A stretch of 64,000 bases of DNA, taken from the NCBI RefSeq assembly GCF_965641715.1, contig NZ_OZ282453.1, one strand, 5' to 3'. The notes below the pieces were generated by a model. That model had not been told where the DNA came from, did not search any database, and worked only from the letters and a program-made list of their open reading frames with translations. The stretch is from Escherichia coli (GTDB lineage Bacteria > Pseudomonadota > Gammaproteobacteria > Enterobacterales > Enterobacteriaceae). Every line of letters begins with the position of its first letter. Within the stretch, counting starts at the first letter, position 1. Below, one piece after another: positions 31,361 to 44,143 of this stretch. The translations under genes were made by a program, and so were the position numbers.

Positions 31361-31632
31361 TGGTTCAGAATAATTCGTCCTACTCATTCTTCCTCCCCCT
31401 TTTTTAAATACTTTTTCATCTTGTTTCGGACTGTCATGTAATTCGCAAAACGAAGATAAATGTGCTAATCCATCCCATGGAATATCGCCACAATAAAGCA
31501 GGTAATTTTTTGATTTTTACGCCATGATAGAAGTCTGGAAGAAAAAGGCTTTCTGCGATCACAGTCGAGCCGGGCGGGCAAGGCCAAATGCTAAAATAAG
31601 CACAATTTACTGACTCATTTTGAGGTAACGCT

Positions 31633-32019
31633 ATGTACGACAATCTGAAAAGTCTGGGTATTACCAATCCTGAAGAAATTGATCGTTACAGCCTCCGGCA
31701 GGAAGCCAACAACGATATTCTGAAAATCTATTTCCAGAAAGACAAAGGCGAGTTTTTCGCCAAGAGCGTTAAGTTTAAATATCCGCGTCAGCGTAAAACG
31801 GTCGTCGCTGATGGTGTGGGTCAGGGTTATAAAGAAGTCCAGGAAATCAGCCCGAATCTACGGTATATCATTGATGAGCTTGATCAAATCTGCCAGCGTG
31901 ACCGCAGCGAAGTTGATCTTAAGCGTAAGATCCTCGACGACTTACGTCACCTGGAGTCAGTCGTAACCAATAAGATCAGCGAGATTGAAGCCGATCTGGA
32001 AAAACTAACGCGTAAATAA
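31633..32019 (+). CDS. yaeH: YaeH, DUF3461 family protein
   Basis: 128 aa ORF ([19 protein letters not shown]...). Confidence 0.93.
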   Translation: MYDNLKSLGITNPEEIDRYSLRQEANNDILKIYFQKDKGEFFAKSVKFKYPRQRKTVVADGVGQGYKEVQEISPNLRYIIDELDQICQRDRSEVDLKRKILDDLRHLESVVTNKISEIEADLEKLTRK

Positions 32020-32080
32020 TCCCGAATTGACGGTTAACTCGGGCATTCCCCTCTCCCCTTCGGGCTGAGGGGAATGAGCC
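32020..32080. terminator. Paired hairpins between convergent yaeH and cdaR (bidirectional terminator region)
   Basis: cattcccctc ... gaggggaatg 10-bp inverted repeat plus cccga ... tcggg stem. Confidence 0.5.
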
Positions 32081-32107
32081 AGCGCCGCCTCAACCTTAAC
32101 GCATAAC

Positions 32108-33265
32108 CTACCGCTCTTCATCCAGTTGTAACGCCACATACAGCAGCAACCTGTCATCAAAATTGCCCAAATCAAGCCCGGTCAGTTCCGATATACGATT
32201 AAGCCGATACTCCAGGGTATTACGATGAATAAACAACGCCTTTGACGTTGCCAGCGGTTGCACATTGTGACGAAACCACGCCGCCAGCGTTCGTCGCAGC
32301 AAGCCGTTATTGTCCATCGCTTTCAGCCGCGCCAGCGGTCGCGCCAGTTCGTTGGCCTGCCAGTCGCCACGCAAACTGTCGAGTAACACAGGTAACATCA
32401 GATCCTGATAAAAATAGCAGCGACTTTCTGGCATCCGCTGTTTACCCACCACCATCGTCGTTTTCGCCGTACGATAGGATCGGGCAATACTGCCAGGACC
32501 GGTAAAATAGTTGCCCAGTGAAACGCGAAAACGCAGCTGGCCGTACTCTTTCATGCGGGTAATCAGTTGTTCAACTCGCTTACGATGATCTTCTGCATCC
32601 CAGCGCCCAAAAGAGTTCAACGCCGGTTTCAACACCACCATTTCGGTTAGCGAGACAATCGCCACCAGATTATTACGCTCGGGCGTAGTCAGCGCGTTTT
32701 GCAGTTGTTGTAACTCCGCCATTGCGCTGTCCACACCAAGCTGACCGCTGTCGACCTCAACAATAGCCACCACTCGCGGTTGATTGAGATCGATCCCCAG
32801 CCGTTGCGCCCATTCCGTAAGTGCGGGAGTATTTTCCTCAGCCTGAATCAGGTTCATCACCAGTTCTTCCCGCAAACGGCTATCCTGCGCCAACAAGTGC
32901 ATCAACCGCGACTGTTCCAGCATCATTTCAGCCGTCATGCAGACCAGTTCGCCATATTTACGCAGATTCTCTGGTTCACCTGTCAGGCCAATTACGCCGA
33001 CAATTTCACCTTCCAGCCGTAACGGTAGATTAATCCCCTGCCGCACACCGTGCAGATGACGTGCCACCGCGTCATCGATATCGACGACTCGTCCCTGTGA
33101 AAGTACCAGCAATGCACCTTCGTGCAATTCACCAATACGCTCACGATCGCCGCTGCCGATAATTCGCCCACGGGCATCCATTACGTTGATATTGGTATCG
33201 ATGATGCGCATGGTACGTGCCACGATATCCTGCGCCATTTTGGTATCAAGATGCCAGCCAGCCAT
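32108..33265 (-). CDS. cdaR: Carbohydrate diacid regulator CdaR (SdaR)
   Basis: 385 aa from MAGWHLDTKMAQDIV...; C-terminal PucR-type HTH. Confidence 0.93.
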   Translation of the reverse strand: MAGWHLDTKMAQDIVARTMRIIDTNINVMDARGRIIGSGDRERIGELHEGALLVLSQGRVVDIDDAVARHLHGVRQGINLPLRLEGEIVGVIGLTGEPENLRKYGELVCMTAEMMLEQSRLMHLLAQDSRLREELVMNLIQAEENTPALTEWAQRLGIDLNQPRVVAIVEVDSGQLGVDSAMAELQQLQNALTTPERNNLVAIVSLTEMVVLKPALNSFGRWDAEDHRKRVEQLITRMKEYGQLRFRVSLGNYFTGPGSIARSYRTAKTTMVVGKQRMPESRCYFYQDLMLPVLLDSLRGDWQANELARPLARLKAMDNNGLLRRTLAAWFRHNVQPLATSKALFIHRNTLEYRLNRISELTGLDLGNFDDRLLLYVALQLDEER

Positions 33266-33383
33266 AAGTCCTCCGTTATGCACGGCTTAGCATAAGGAAG
33301 TACGTAACGTACGGCATTGTGCAAATGCCTAAAGGATGATGAAGATGTATGGAGTTGTGGTGAAGTTCACAGATTGTAAGGAG

Positions 33384-33411
33384 AACCCCTTCCCGTTTTC
33401 AGGAAGGGGTT
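33384..33411 (-). terminator. Hairpin downstream of degP
   Basis: aaccccttcc cgttttc aggaaggggtt inverted repeat just after the degP stop; no clear U-run. Confidence 0.35.
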
Positions 33412-33419
33412 GAGGGAGA

Positions 33420-34844
33420 TTACTGCATTAACAGGTAGATGGTGCTGTCGCCGCGCTGAATGTTCAGTGCCAGCACAGACGGTTTGCTGTCGAGAACTTT
33501 ACGCAGTTCAGCGATGTTTTTCACTGCCTGCTGGTTCGCGCCAATAATCACATCACCTTTCTTCAGGCCGATCTGCGCAGCCGGAGTGCCCGTTTTCACG
33601 TTGTTCACTACCACGCCCTGATCTTTGCCTTTGTTGCTCATCTCAGCACCTTCAATGCCGTTGAAGATGGAGCTGGAATCAACCTGATTCTGGCTGCTCT
33701 GCTGCAGTTCCAGATTCACGTTGACCTGCTTACCGTCGCGCAGCAAGCCCAGGGTCAGTTTGCTGCCCACCGGCATAGTACCCACCTGAGCACGCAGTGC
33801 GGCAAAGCTGCTGATCGGCTTACCGTTCAGTGAGGTGATCACATCACCCGCTTTAATGCCCGCTTTTGCAGCGGAGGAGTTAGGCAGAACCTGGCTTACG
33901 AAAGCACCGCGCTGGGCGTCAACTTTCATCGCTTTCGCCAGTTCGGAGTTCAGCTCAGTCCCCATAATACCCAGCTCACCGCGTTTCACCTGGCCGTATT
34001 CCACCATCTGCGAGGTCAGGTTTTTCACCATGTTGCTCGGGATAGCAAAACCGATACCGATGTTGCCGCCGTCCGGTGCGAGGATCGCGGTGTTGATACC
34101 GATCAGTTCGCCGTTCAGGTTAACCAGCGCACCACCGGAGTTACCACGGTTGATCGCTGCATCGGTCTGGATGAAGTTTTCGTAGTTTTCGGCATTCAGG
34201 CCGCTACGCCCCAGCGCAGAGACAATCCCGGAAGTTACCGTCTCGCCCAAACCAAACGGGTTACCAATCGCTACGGTGTAATCACCCACGCGCAGTGCAT
34301 CAGAATCCGCCATCTTAATTGCGGTCAAGTTTTTCGGGTTCTGGATTTGGATCAGCGCGATATCAGAGCGCGGATCTTTGCCAACCATCTTCGCGTCGAA
34401 CTTACGGCCATCGCTCAGTTGAACTTTAATGACCGTCGCGTTATCAACAACGTGGTTGTTGGTGACGACATAGCCTTTATCGGCATCAATGATGACGCCG
34501 GAACCCAGCGCCATGAATTTCTGTTGCTGGCCGCCACCATTACCGCCCTGGCCACCCTGGCAGAACGGAGAGCTCTGGAACGGAGAACCTTCCTGGCAGA
34601 ACGGAGAATCATCACCGAAGAACTGCTGGAAATTACGCGGCATACGCGGCGTATTAACGGTTGTGCTACCTTCTACGTTAATGCTGACCACTGAAGGCAT
34701 CACCTTTTCGAGCATCGGTGCAAGGCTTGGCATCTGCTGGGCTGTCGTTGCTGAAGAAGTCTCAGCCGCCGTTGCAGAGAGCGGAGATAACGCCAAACCT
34801 AAACTCAGAGCCAGTGCACTCAGTGCTAATGTGGTTTTTTTCAT
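33420..34844 (-). CDS. degP: Periplasmic serine endoprotease/chaperone DegP (HtrA)
   Basis: 474 aa ORF, signal peptide, trypsin-like protease domain (GNSGG) and two PDZ domains. Confidence 0.97.
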   Translation of the reverse strand: MKKTTLALSALALSLGLALSPLSATAAETSSATTAQQMPSLAPMLEKVMPSVVSINVEGSTTVNTPRMPRNFQQFFGDDSPFCQEGSPFQSSPFCQGGQGGNGGGQQQKFMALGSGVIIDADKGYVVTNNHVVDNATVIKVQLSDGRKFDAKMVGKDPRSDIALIQIQNPKNLTAIKMADSDALRVGDYTVAIGNPFGLGETVTSGIVSALGRSGLNAENYENFIQTDAAINRGNSGGALVNLNGELIGINTAILAPDGGNIGIGFAIPSNMVKNLTSQMVEYGQVKRGELGIMGTELNSELAKAMKVDAQRGAFVSQVLPNSSAAKAGIKAGDVITSLNGKPISSFAALRAQVGTMPVGSKLTLGLLRDGKQVNVNLELQQSSQNQVDSSSIFNGIEGAEMSNKGKDQGVVVNNVKTGTPAAQIGLKKGDVIIGANQQAVKNIAELRKVLDSKPSVLALNIQRGDSTIYLLMQ

Positions 34845-34885
34845 GTATTTCAGTCTCGATTAACAGATAACGCAAAATTGCTGTG

Positions 34886-34920
34886 TTCTTCAGATTCGTT
34901 TTATAGCGCGAAGTTCCGAA
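34886..34920 (-). promoter_or_regulatory. Sigma-E-type promoter of degP
   Basis: minus strand reads cgGAACTTcgcgctataaaacgaaTCTGAagaaca: -35 GAACTT, 16-nt spacer, -10 TCTGA, matching the sigma-E consensus. Confidence 0.75.
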
Positions 34921-34973
34921 CTAAAGTTTCTGCAAAAGGTAAAAATTTATTGTTCGTCTTTACAAAAGCCTGG

Positions 34974-36491
34974 TTATTGTTCTACGGCCATCAGACGTCG
35001 GTATTCATCCCACGCATAGAGGTCGGTCATACCGCTGATATAATCCTGCAGCAGGCGGCAACGGTAATAATATTCCCATAGCGGAAACTCAGGAGAATCT
35101 GACGGTAATTTACTGACAGCCTCGACATAGGCCAGCCGATGGCGCGTCGAGAGTTTGTGGAATAAGCGCGATTCAATAGGGAAACGTTTCACCCGTTCTT
35201 TTTCTACCAGTTCAGTAAAGTCTGATAACGACAGGCTTAATAAAGGACGATAAATCTCTAATAATCCGCTAATGACCCGATAGCCCTGCAATTCAAGCTG
35301 CTCGACATCTGGATGGCTAAACACATGTTTTACAGCGACATTTTTATATAGCTTAAGAAGATCGCTGCATTCGCTGGCATCTTCCAATAATGCATGATTA
35401 AACGTTCCGGCGAAAATCGCAGGCAGATTATCAATAAATCGTTGTGCCGCGTAGGGTACCAGTTTATTTAGGGTGTTTACCCGTAAATACATAAAAAACT
35501 GATCTTCCGTACTGCGGCTTAAACTATTTGAGCGTGATTTTTCCCAGGCATTTTCAACCACCAGCGAAAAGAGCGAACCTTTCTCATGCTGGCCCCACGC
35601 CTCGTGCAAATGATGATAAAGCTGCTCAACGGTAAATATTCTTTTCTCTACCGCATCTTCAAGATCTGCCACACAATAGGAGATGTCGTCGGCAGCTTCC
35701 ATAATCCACGTTAATGGAAAACGACTGTAAAGCGCCAAATTAAGTTCTTTACGCAACCGGGCAATATAGGCTTCTTCAGAAAGATAATAACCCGGCTTTT
35801 TCATTAAATAGTGATGTGTCTCAGGCGTTTCGCCACGCCACCACGCTGGACGGGTATATTTTAAAATACCGCCAACCTGCGCCCAGGTGAGATTCATCCG
35901 CATCAATGTATGCACCAGACGAATGCCTTGTGCATTCCCCTCAAAATGACATAAGTCCTGACGAATCTTGCGCCGCAGCTCGTTAAGCGGTTCTTCCCCG
36001 TCCCGTAAACGTAGTGCCGCCACGCTGCAGCGATCGTCAGTCAGAGGCTGGCTTTCGGCATCTTCCGGGTGCAAACGTTGGCGAAACCAGTCATTTATCG
36101 CCGCTTCGCCAAAATGACCAAACGGCGGATTGCCGATATCGTGCATCAGGCATGACATCTCAACAATGCTTTCAAAAGGTCCGGTCAGTTCATCCAGGCC
36201 GTATGCTTCCAGTAATTTAAGCTCTTTCAGACGGCTTAAAATTTCTTTGGCGATGTAGCGCCCCACCTGCTGGACTTCCATCGAGTGGGTAAGACGCGTG
36301 CGCACGGCGGCATTGCGCTCCAGTGGAAAAACCTGGGTCTTTTGTTGCAGACGACGAATTGCCGGAGAGTTGATGATACGCCCGCGATCGCTCTCGAAGA
36401 TCCGCAGGATCTCATGTTCGGTTTTAACGCCCTGCGGTGAACGGTAACGACGATGCCAGTTTATTTTTTTTCGGAAATCAATCTGTGCCAT
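34974..36491 (-). CDS. dgt: dGTP triphosphohydrolase
   Basis: 505 aa ORF, HD-domain dGTPase. Confidence 0.96.
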
Positions 36492-36574
36492 GTCCTCTCC
36501 CGCGTGAGAAATACGCTTCCCCGTAAGCGCATGGTAAACTATGCCTTCAAATCGGGCTTATCGCGAGTAAATCT

Positions 36575-37273
36575 ATGAAAATCGGCATCATTGGTGCAAT
36601 GGAAGAAGAAGTTACGCTGCTGCGTGACAAAATCGAAAACCGTCAAACTATCAGTCTCGGCGGTTGCGAAATCTATACCGGCCAACTGAATGGAACCGAG
36701 GTTGCGCTTCTGAAATCGGGCATCGGTAAAGTCGCTGCGGCGCTGGGTGCCACTCTGCTGTTGGAACACTGCAAGCCAGATGTGATTATTAACACCGGTT
36801 CTGCCGGTGGCCTGGCACCAACGTTGAAAGTGGGCGATATCGTTGTCTCGGACGAAGCACGTTATCACGACGCGGATGTCACGGCATTTGGTTATGAATA
36901 CGGTCAGTTACCAGGCTGTCCGGCAGGCTTTAAAGCTGACGATAAACTGATCGCTGCCGCTGAGGCCTGCATTGCCGAACTGAATCTTAACGCTGTACGT
37001 GGCCTGATTGTTAGCGGCGACGCTTTCATCAACGGTTCTGTTGGTCTGGCGAAAATCCGCCACAATTTCCCACAGGCCATTGCTGTAGAGATGGAAGCGA
37101 CGGCAATCGCCCATGTCTGCCACAATTTCAACGTCCCGTTTGTTGTCGTACGCGCCATCTCCGACGTGGCCGATCAACAGTCTCATCTTAGCTTCGATGA
37201 GTTCCTGGCTGTTGCCGCTAAACAGTCCAGCCTGATGGTTGAGTCACTGGTGCAGAAACTGGCACATGGCTAA
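36575..37273 (+). CDS. mtn: 5'-methylthioadenosine/S-adenosylhomocysteine nucleosidase
   Basis: 232 aa ORF ([13 protein letters not shown]...). Confidence 0.97.
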   Translation: MKIGIIGAMEEEVTLLRDKIENRQTISLGGCEIYTGQLNGTEVALLKSGIGKVAAALGATLLLEHCKPDVIINTGSAGGLAPTLKVGDIVVSDEARYHDADVTAFGYEYGQLPGCPAGFKADDKLIAAAEACIAELNLNAVRGLIVSGDAFINGSVGLAKIRHNFPQAIAVEMEATAIAHVCHNFNVPFVVVRAISDVADQQSHLSFDEFLAVAAKQSSLMVESLVQKLAHG

Positions 37274-38066
37274 GTCACTGTTCAGGGCGCTGGTCGCCCT
37301 GTCTTTTCTCGCGCCACTGTGGCTCAACGCGGCACCGCGCGTCATCACGCTTTCTCCCGCCAACACTGAACTTGCCTTTGCCGCCGGGATCACGCCGGTT
37401 GGGGTCAGCAGCTATTCCGACTATCCTCCACAAGCGCAAAAGATTGAGCAGGTTTCCACCTGGCAGGGGATGAATCTGGAACGCATTGTCGCGCTGAAAC
37501 CCGATCTGGTGATTGCCTGGCGTGGAGGTAATGCCGAGCGGCAGGTTGACCAGCTGGCTTCGCTGGGAATAAAAGTGATGTGGGTCGATGCGACAAGCAT
37601 TGAACAAATTGCCAATGCGTTACGTCAACTGGCCCCCTGGAGTCCGCAACCGGATAAGGCCGAACAAGCCGCGCAATCCCTGCTGGATCAGTACGCGCAA
37701 TTGAAAGCGCAATATGCTGATAAATCTAAAAAACGTGTTTTTCTGCAATTCGGCATTAATCCGCCATTTACCAGTGGAAAAGAGTCGATTCAGAACCAGG
37801 TACTCGAAGTTTGTGGCGGAGAAAACATCTTTAAAGACAGCCGGGTTCCCTGGCCGCAAGTTAGCCGCGAACAGGTGTTAGCACGCTCGCCACAGGCGAT
37901 TGTCATTACAGGCGGACCGGACCAAATTCCTAAAATCAAACAATACTGGGGTGAACAGCTCAAAATTCCCGTTATTCCTCTCACGAGTGACTGGTTTGAA
38001 CGTGCAAGCCCACGTATTATCCTCGCTGCACAACAGCTCTGTAATGCGCTTTCACAGGTAGATTAG
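37266..38066 (+). CDS. btuF: Vitamin B12 periplasmic binding protein BtuF
   Basis: 266 aa from [14 protein letters not shown]... with signal peptide; 8-nt overlap with mtn. Confidence 0.93.
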   Translation: MAKSLFRALVALSFLAPLWLNAAPRVITLSPANTELAFAAGITPVGVSSYSDYPPQAQKIEQVSTWQGMNLERIVALKPDLVIAWRGGNAERQVDQLASLGIKVMWVDATSIEQIANALRQLAPWSPQPDKAEQAAQSLLDQYAQLKAQYADKSKKRVFLQFGINPPFTSGKESIQNQVLEVCGGENIFKDSRVPWPQVSREQVLARSPQAIVITGGPDQIPKIKQYWGEQLKIPVIPLTSDWFERASPRIILAAQQLCNALSQVD

Positions 38067-38103
38067 CGCCTGACCTTTTTAGGTGCTCAGTGGGGATTGA
38101 ACA

Positions 38104-38727
38104 ATGCTCGTCTATTGGCTGGATATAGTCGGCACAGCGGTATTTGCCATCTCCGGCGTTTTGTTAGCCGGAAAATTGCGTATGGACCCTTTTGGTGTTC
38201 TGGTACTGGGCGTGGTTACCGCTGTAGGCGGCGGGACAATTCGCGACATGGCGCTGGATCACGGCCCGGTATTTTGGGTGAAAGATCCCACCGATCTGGT
38301 CGTTGCAATGGTAACCAGCATGCTGACCATCGTGCTGGTGCGCCAGCCAAGACGCTTACCAAAATGGATGTTGCCGGTGCTGGACGCCGTTGGTCTGGCG
38401 GTGTTTGTCGGCATTGGCGTGAATAAAGCCTTTAATGCGGAAGCCGGTCCGTTAATCGCGGTTTGTATGGGCGTCATTACTGGCGTTGGCGGCGGGATCA
38501 TTCGTGATGTTCTGGCCCGCGAAATCCCCATGATTTTACGTACAGAAATCTACGCAACTGCCTGTATTATCGGCGGTATTGTCCACGCTACGGCTTATTA
38601 CACATTTTCCGTACCACTGGAAACAGCCAGTATGATGGGCATGGTCGTGACGCTATTGATTCGGCTGGCGGCTATTCGTTGGCATCTTAAGCTACCGACG
38701 TTTGCGCTGGATGAGAATGGGCGTTGA
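38104..38727 (+). CDS. yadS: YadS, UPF0126 inner-membrane protein
   Basis: 207 aa hydrophobic ORF with internal duplication. Confidence 0.9.
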   Translation: MLVYWLDIVGTAVFAISGVLLAGKLRMDPFGVLVLGVVTAVGGGTIRDMALDHGPVFWVKDPTDLVVAMVTSMLTIVLVRQPRRLPKWMLPVLDAVGLAVFVGIGVNKAFNAEAGPLIAVCMGVITGVGGGIIRDVLAREIPMILRTEIYATACIIGGIVHATAYYTFSVPLETASMMGMVVTLLIRLAAIRWHLKLPTFALDENGR

Positions 38728-38735
38728 AGAGAGAA

Positions 38736-38764
38736 GATGTGCCGGATAGTTTATCCGGCACATG
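38736..38764. terminator. Palindrome between convergent yadS and erpA
   Basis: gtgccggata gttt atccggcac perfect inverted repeat. Confidence 0.55.
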
Positions 38765-38773
38765 AACAACAGA

Positions 38774-39118
38774 TTAGATACTAAAGGAAGAACCGCAACC
38801 GCAGGTGCTTTTCGCGTTCGGGTTGGTCACGATGAAACGAGAACCTTCCAGTCCTTCGGTATAGTCAACGGAACCGCCGACCAGATATTGCAGGCTCATC
38901 GGATCAACCACCAGGCCAACGCCCTGTTTTTCGATGGTCATATCGCCTTCGTTCACCTGATCATCAAAGGTGAAACCATACTGGAAGCCGCTGCAACCGC
39001 CACCGGTGATATACACGCGTAATTTCAGATTCGGGTTATCTTCGTCAGCGATCAGGCTTTTAACTTTGTTGGCTGCTGCGTCGGTAAACTCCAGCGGCAG
39101 TGCTACGTCATCACTCAT
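38774..39118 (-). CDS. erpA: Iron-sulfur cluster insertion protein ErpA (A-type carrier)
   Basis: 114 aa from [13 protein letters not shown]...; conserved Cys residues (GGGCSG ... CGCGSSF). Confidence 0.95.
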
Positions 39119-39199
39119 ATTTTGCTCCAAACGACATCGGCAATTGGGCAAATTCTAACCCAATAATAATCGCCATTATCTAATACCCTGGTATTTCGT

Positions 39200-40639
<1,440 letters not shown>

Positions 40640-40845
40640 TCATACAAATAAGATGACGGCATTTTACTCGCACGTTCCATGAAAATCCTTTGCAAAGCGT
40701 AATGTTTCAAATGCACAAAACTTTTATACTCTAAGAAATCAGGATTGCACCAGTACAAGCAGCCTGATGTTTGACGAGTATTTAACTTGTTATGAATAAC
40801 ATAGAATAGCAGCCATTCACTTTTTCTACGAATCAGGAACCCTCC

Positions 40846-42126
40846 ATGAGTAAGTCTGAAAATCTTTACAGCGCAGCGCGCGAGCTGATCCCTGGCGGTG
40901 TGAACTCCCCTGTTCGCGCCTTTACTGGCGTGGGCGGCACTCCACTGTTTATCGAAAAAGCGGACGGCGCTTATCTGTACGATGTTGATGGCAAAGCCTA
41001 TATCGATTATGTCGGTTCCTGGGGGCCGATGGTGCTGGGCCATAACCATCCGGCGATCCGCAATGCCGTGATTGAAGCCGCCGAGCGTGGTTTAAGCTTT
41101 GGTGCACCAACCGAAATGGAAGTGAAAATGGCGCAACTGGTGACCGAACTGGTCCCGACCATGGATATGGTGCGCATGGTGAACTCCGGCACTGAAGCGA
41201 CAATGAGCGCCATCCGCCTGGCCCGTGGTTTTACCGGTCGCGACAAAATTATTAAATTTGAAGGTTGTTACCACGGTCACGCTGACTGCCTGCTGGTGAA
41301 AGCCGGTTCTGGCGCACTCACGTTAGGCCAGCCAAACTCGCCGGGCGTTCCGGCAGATTTCGCCAAACATACCTTAACCTGTACTTATAACGATCTGGCT
41401 TCTGTACGCGCCGCGTTTGAGCAATACCCGCAAGAGATTGCCTGTATTATCGTCGAGCCGGTGGCAGGCAATATGAACTGTGTTCCACCGCTGCCAGACT
41501 TCCTGCCAGGTCTGCGCGCGCTGTGCGACGAATTTGGCGCGTTGCTGATCATCGATGAAGTGATGACCGGTTTCCGCGTAGCGCTAGCTGGCGCACAGGA
41601 TTATTACGGTGTGGAACCGGATCTCACTTGCCTGGGCAAAATCATCGGCGGTGGAATGCCGGTAGGCGCATTCGGTGGTCGTCGTGATGTAATGGATGCG
41701 CTGGCCCCGACGGGTCCGGTCTATCAGGCGGGTACGCTTTCCGGTAACCCGATTGCGATGGCAGCCGGTTTCGCCTGTCTGAATGAAGTCGCGCAGCCGG
41801 GCGTTCACGAAACGCTGGATGAGCTGACAACACGTCTGGCAGAAGGTCTGCTGGAAGCGGCAGAAGAAGCCGGAATTCCGCTGGTGGTAAACCACGTTGG
41901 CGGCATGTTCGGTATTTTCTTTACCGACGCCGAGTCCGTGACGTGCTATCAGGATGTGATGGCCTGTGACGTCGAGCGTTTTAAGCGTTTCTTCCATATG
42001 ATGCTGGATGAAGGTGTTTACCTGGCACCGTCAGCGTTTGAAGCGGGCTTTATGTCTGTGGCGCACAGCATGGAAGATATCAATAACACCATCGATGCTG
42101 CACGTCGGGTGTTTGCGAAGTTGTGA
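40846..42126 (+). CDS. hemL: Glutamate-1-semialdehyde 2,1-aminomutase
   Basis: 426 aa ORF, class-III aminotransferase. Confidence 0.97.
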
Positions 42127-42129
42127 TGA

Positions 42130-42162
42130 TTTTGCCTCGCCCACCGGGCGAGGCATTTTATT
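42130..42162 (+). terminator. Rho-independent terminator downstream of hemL
   Basis: gcctcgccc acc gggcgaggc stem followed by attttatt. Confidence 0.65.
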
Positions 42163-44143
42163 AACGGCTCTGCTTTCTCAACAAATAGATAAAATATGGC
42201 GCGCCGATAAAGGTCGACAGCAGCCCCGCCGGGATCTGGAACGGAAACAGCACCATCCGCCCACACCAGTCAGCGAACACCAGCAGTAAACCACCCACCA
42301 GCGCCGAAATCACGATGTGCGGCATCGTCCGTCGAAAGCCCATCATCCGCGCGATATGCGGTGCCATTAAACCAACAAAACTCAACGGTCCAATGGTCAT
42401 CGTCGCGGTCGCCGTCAGGCAAGCCGCTAACAGCAGCAGCGCAATTCGCGTCGGCGTTAACGCCACCCCCACGGCCCGCGCGGTATCACCACCCAGCGGT
42501 AAAATGGTCAGCCAGCGGCGGCACAGCGGGGTAATCGCCAGCAAAATCACCATCACAATTCCGGTGCGCCAGACCTGCGCATCGGTGGCGTTGTAGGTCG
42601 AACCAGAGATCCAGGTCAGCACTTGCGCCATTCGCGGGTCACCACTCGCCTGCAACATCATTAAAAGCATGGTGAATGCGGTACTTAACGCCATCCCCGC
42701 CAGTAACATGCGGTGTGGGGAAAATCCACCGCGCCCGGCGGCGATCATAATAATCAACAGCGTCACCGCCGCCCCGATACTGCCCGCGGGTAACAGCCAG
42801 CCAAAAGCATTACCCGGTACCAGAAACAGCATCAGTACCACGCCAAACGCTGCGCCGGAGCTAATCCCCAGCACTTCCGGGCTTGCCATCGGGTTGCCGG
42901 TCAGTCGCTGAATAATACAGCCCGCCACCGCCAGCATGACGCCCGCAAATAGCGCCGCCATAATTCGCGGCCAGCGCCAGGGCATTAAATCATCGAGCAA
43001 CGCCCCGCTCGCCCACGTCCAGCCGTGCGCATCACGACCAAACGACAGCGCCACCACCACAGCCATCAACAGCAGCACGCCGCCCGCGAGGGCAAACGCC
43101 AGCACATGTTGGCGTTCAGCCGCGACACGATCGTTGACCTTCATATCCGGCGCGCTAATGCTGCGTAAACGCGGCAGCAACCACAGTAGCAGCGGCGCAC
43201 CGATCAACGCAGTGACCGAACCGGTGGACACTTCCATCCACACGCGAGTCAGCCAGAGGATGATTTGATCGGAAAGCCAGAGGATCAGCGCACCAATCAG
43301 CGACGCCAGCATCAACCGTGGCAGCAGACGCCGCGCCCCCAGCATTTTTGCCAGCAGCGGCGCGAACAACCCGATAAAGCCGATAATCCCCACAGCGTTC
43401 ACCAGCAGCGCACTGATGACAATCGCCAGCGACAGCGCCGCCAGACGCGCGAGCGACAAGGCCAGCCCGAGATTGCGCGCCACGCCATCATCAAGCCCCA
43501 TCAGGGTTAACGGACGAAGTAGCAGCAACGTCAGCATCACACCGCCCAGCAACTGCGGCCATAAACGCTCAACACCGCCCCAGTCGGTTTGCGTCAGCGT
43601 TCCGGTGCTCCACAGGAACATGCTTTGCAGTTGGTCATGGTGGAAGATAACCAGTAACTGATTGATTGCCCCACAATAAAGGCTCACTACCAGCCCCGCG
43701 AGGATCAGAGTTACCGGCGACAGCCGTTTCCCCCACGCGACGCCAAAGACAATTAAGCCAACAACGCAAGCCCCTGCCAGCGCAGCAAACTGGCTCGCCA
43801 TAGCACCTGGGATCGCCCAGAGCGTAGTGACGGTAATCCCCAGTTGCGCGCCTGTTGCAACGCCCAACGTCGTCGGTTCCGCCAGCGGGTTACGCAGCAC
43901 TTGCTGAAACAGCACGCCCACCAGCCCCAGGCCTGCGCCCACCAGCAGCGAAATCGCCAGACGCGGCAGCAAGCTGTAGTGAAAAATCATCTGCTCGATG
44001 ACGTCAATATCCGGCGACCAGGCAGCCTGCGCCCACTGGCTACGCGGCAGCGCCTGCGAGAAGTTCATCCAGGTCAGCGCCGTAGCGGCAATCACCAGCA
44101 ACGCCAGCAATAATGCCGGGAAAAGCGCAATACGTTTACTCAC
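42161..44143 (-). CDS. fhuB: Ferric hydroxamate ABC transporter permease FhuB
   Basis: 660 aa ORF, duplicated FecCD-type permease. Confidence 0.96.
   Translation of the reverse strand: MSKRIALFPALLLALLVIAATALTWMNFSQALPRSQWAQAAWSPDIDVIEQMIFHYSLLPRLAISLLVGAGLGLVGVLFQQVLRNPLAEPTTLGVATGAQLGITVTTLWAIPGAMASQFAALAGACVVGLIVFGVAWGKRLSPVTLILAGLVVSLYCGAINQLLVIFHHDQLQSMFLWSTGTLTQTDWGGVERLWPQLLGGVMLTLLLLRPLTLMGLDDGVARNLGLALSLARLAALSLAIVISALLVNAVGIIGFIGLFAPLLAKMLGARRLLPRLMLASLIGALILWLSDQIILWLTRVWMEVSTGSVTALIGAPLLLWLLPRLRSISAPDMKVNDRVAAERQHVLAFALAGGVLLLMAVVVALSFGRDAHGWTWASGALLDDLMPWRWPRIMAALFAGVMLAVAGCIIQRLTGNPMASPEVLGISSGAAFGVVLMLFLVPGNAFGWLLPAGSIGAAVTLLIIMIAAGRGGFSPHRMLLAGMALSTAFTMLLMMLQASGDPRMAQVLTWISGSTYNATDAQVWRTGIVMVILLAITPLCRRWLTILPLGGDTARAVGVALTPTRIALLLLAACLTATATMTIGPLSFVGLMAPHIARMMGFRRTMPHIVISALVGGLLLVFADWCGRMVLFPFQIPAGLLSTFIGAPYFIYLLRKQSR

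Noticed and set aside
31387-31440. 17-codon minus-strand ORF (MTVRNKMKKYLKKGEEE) in the dapD-yaeH spacer as a possible yaeI remnant or small protein
   Set aside because: Too short and without recognisable similarity to anything I can recall; could be chance. Mentioned only in connection with the yaeI-absence finding.
33384-33411. degP downstream hairpin as a canonical intrinsic terminator
   Set aside because: Good stem but no U-tract on the degP strand; kept as a low-confidence feature only.
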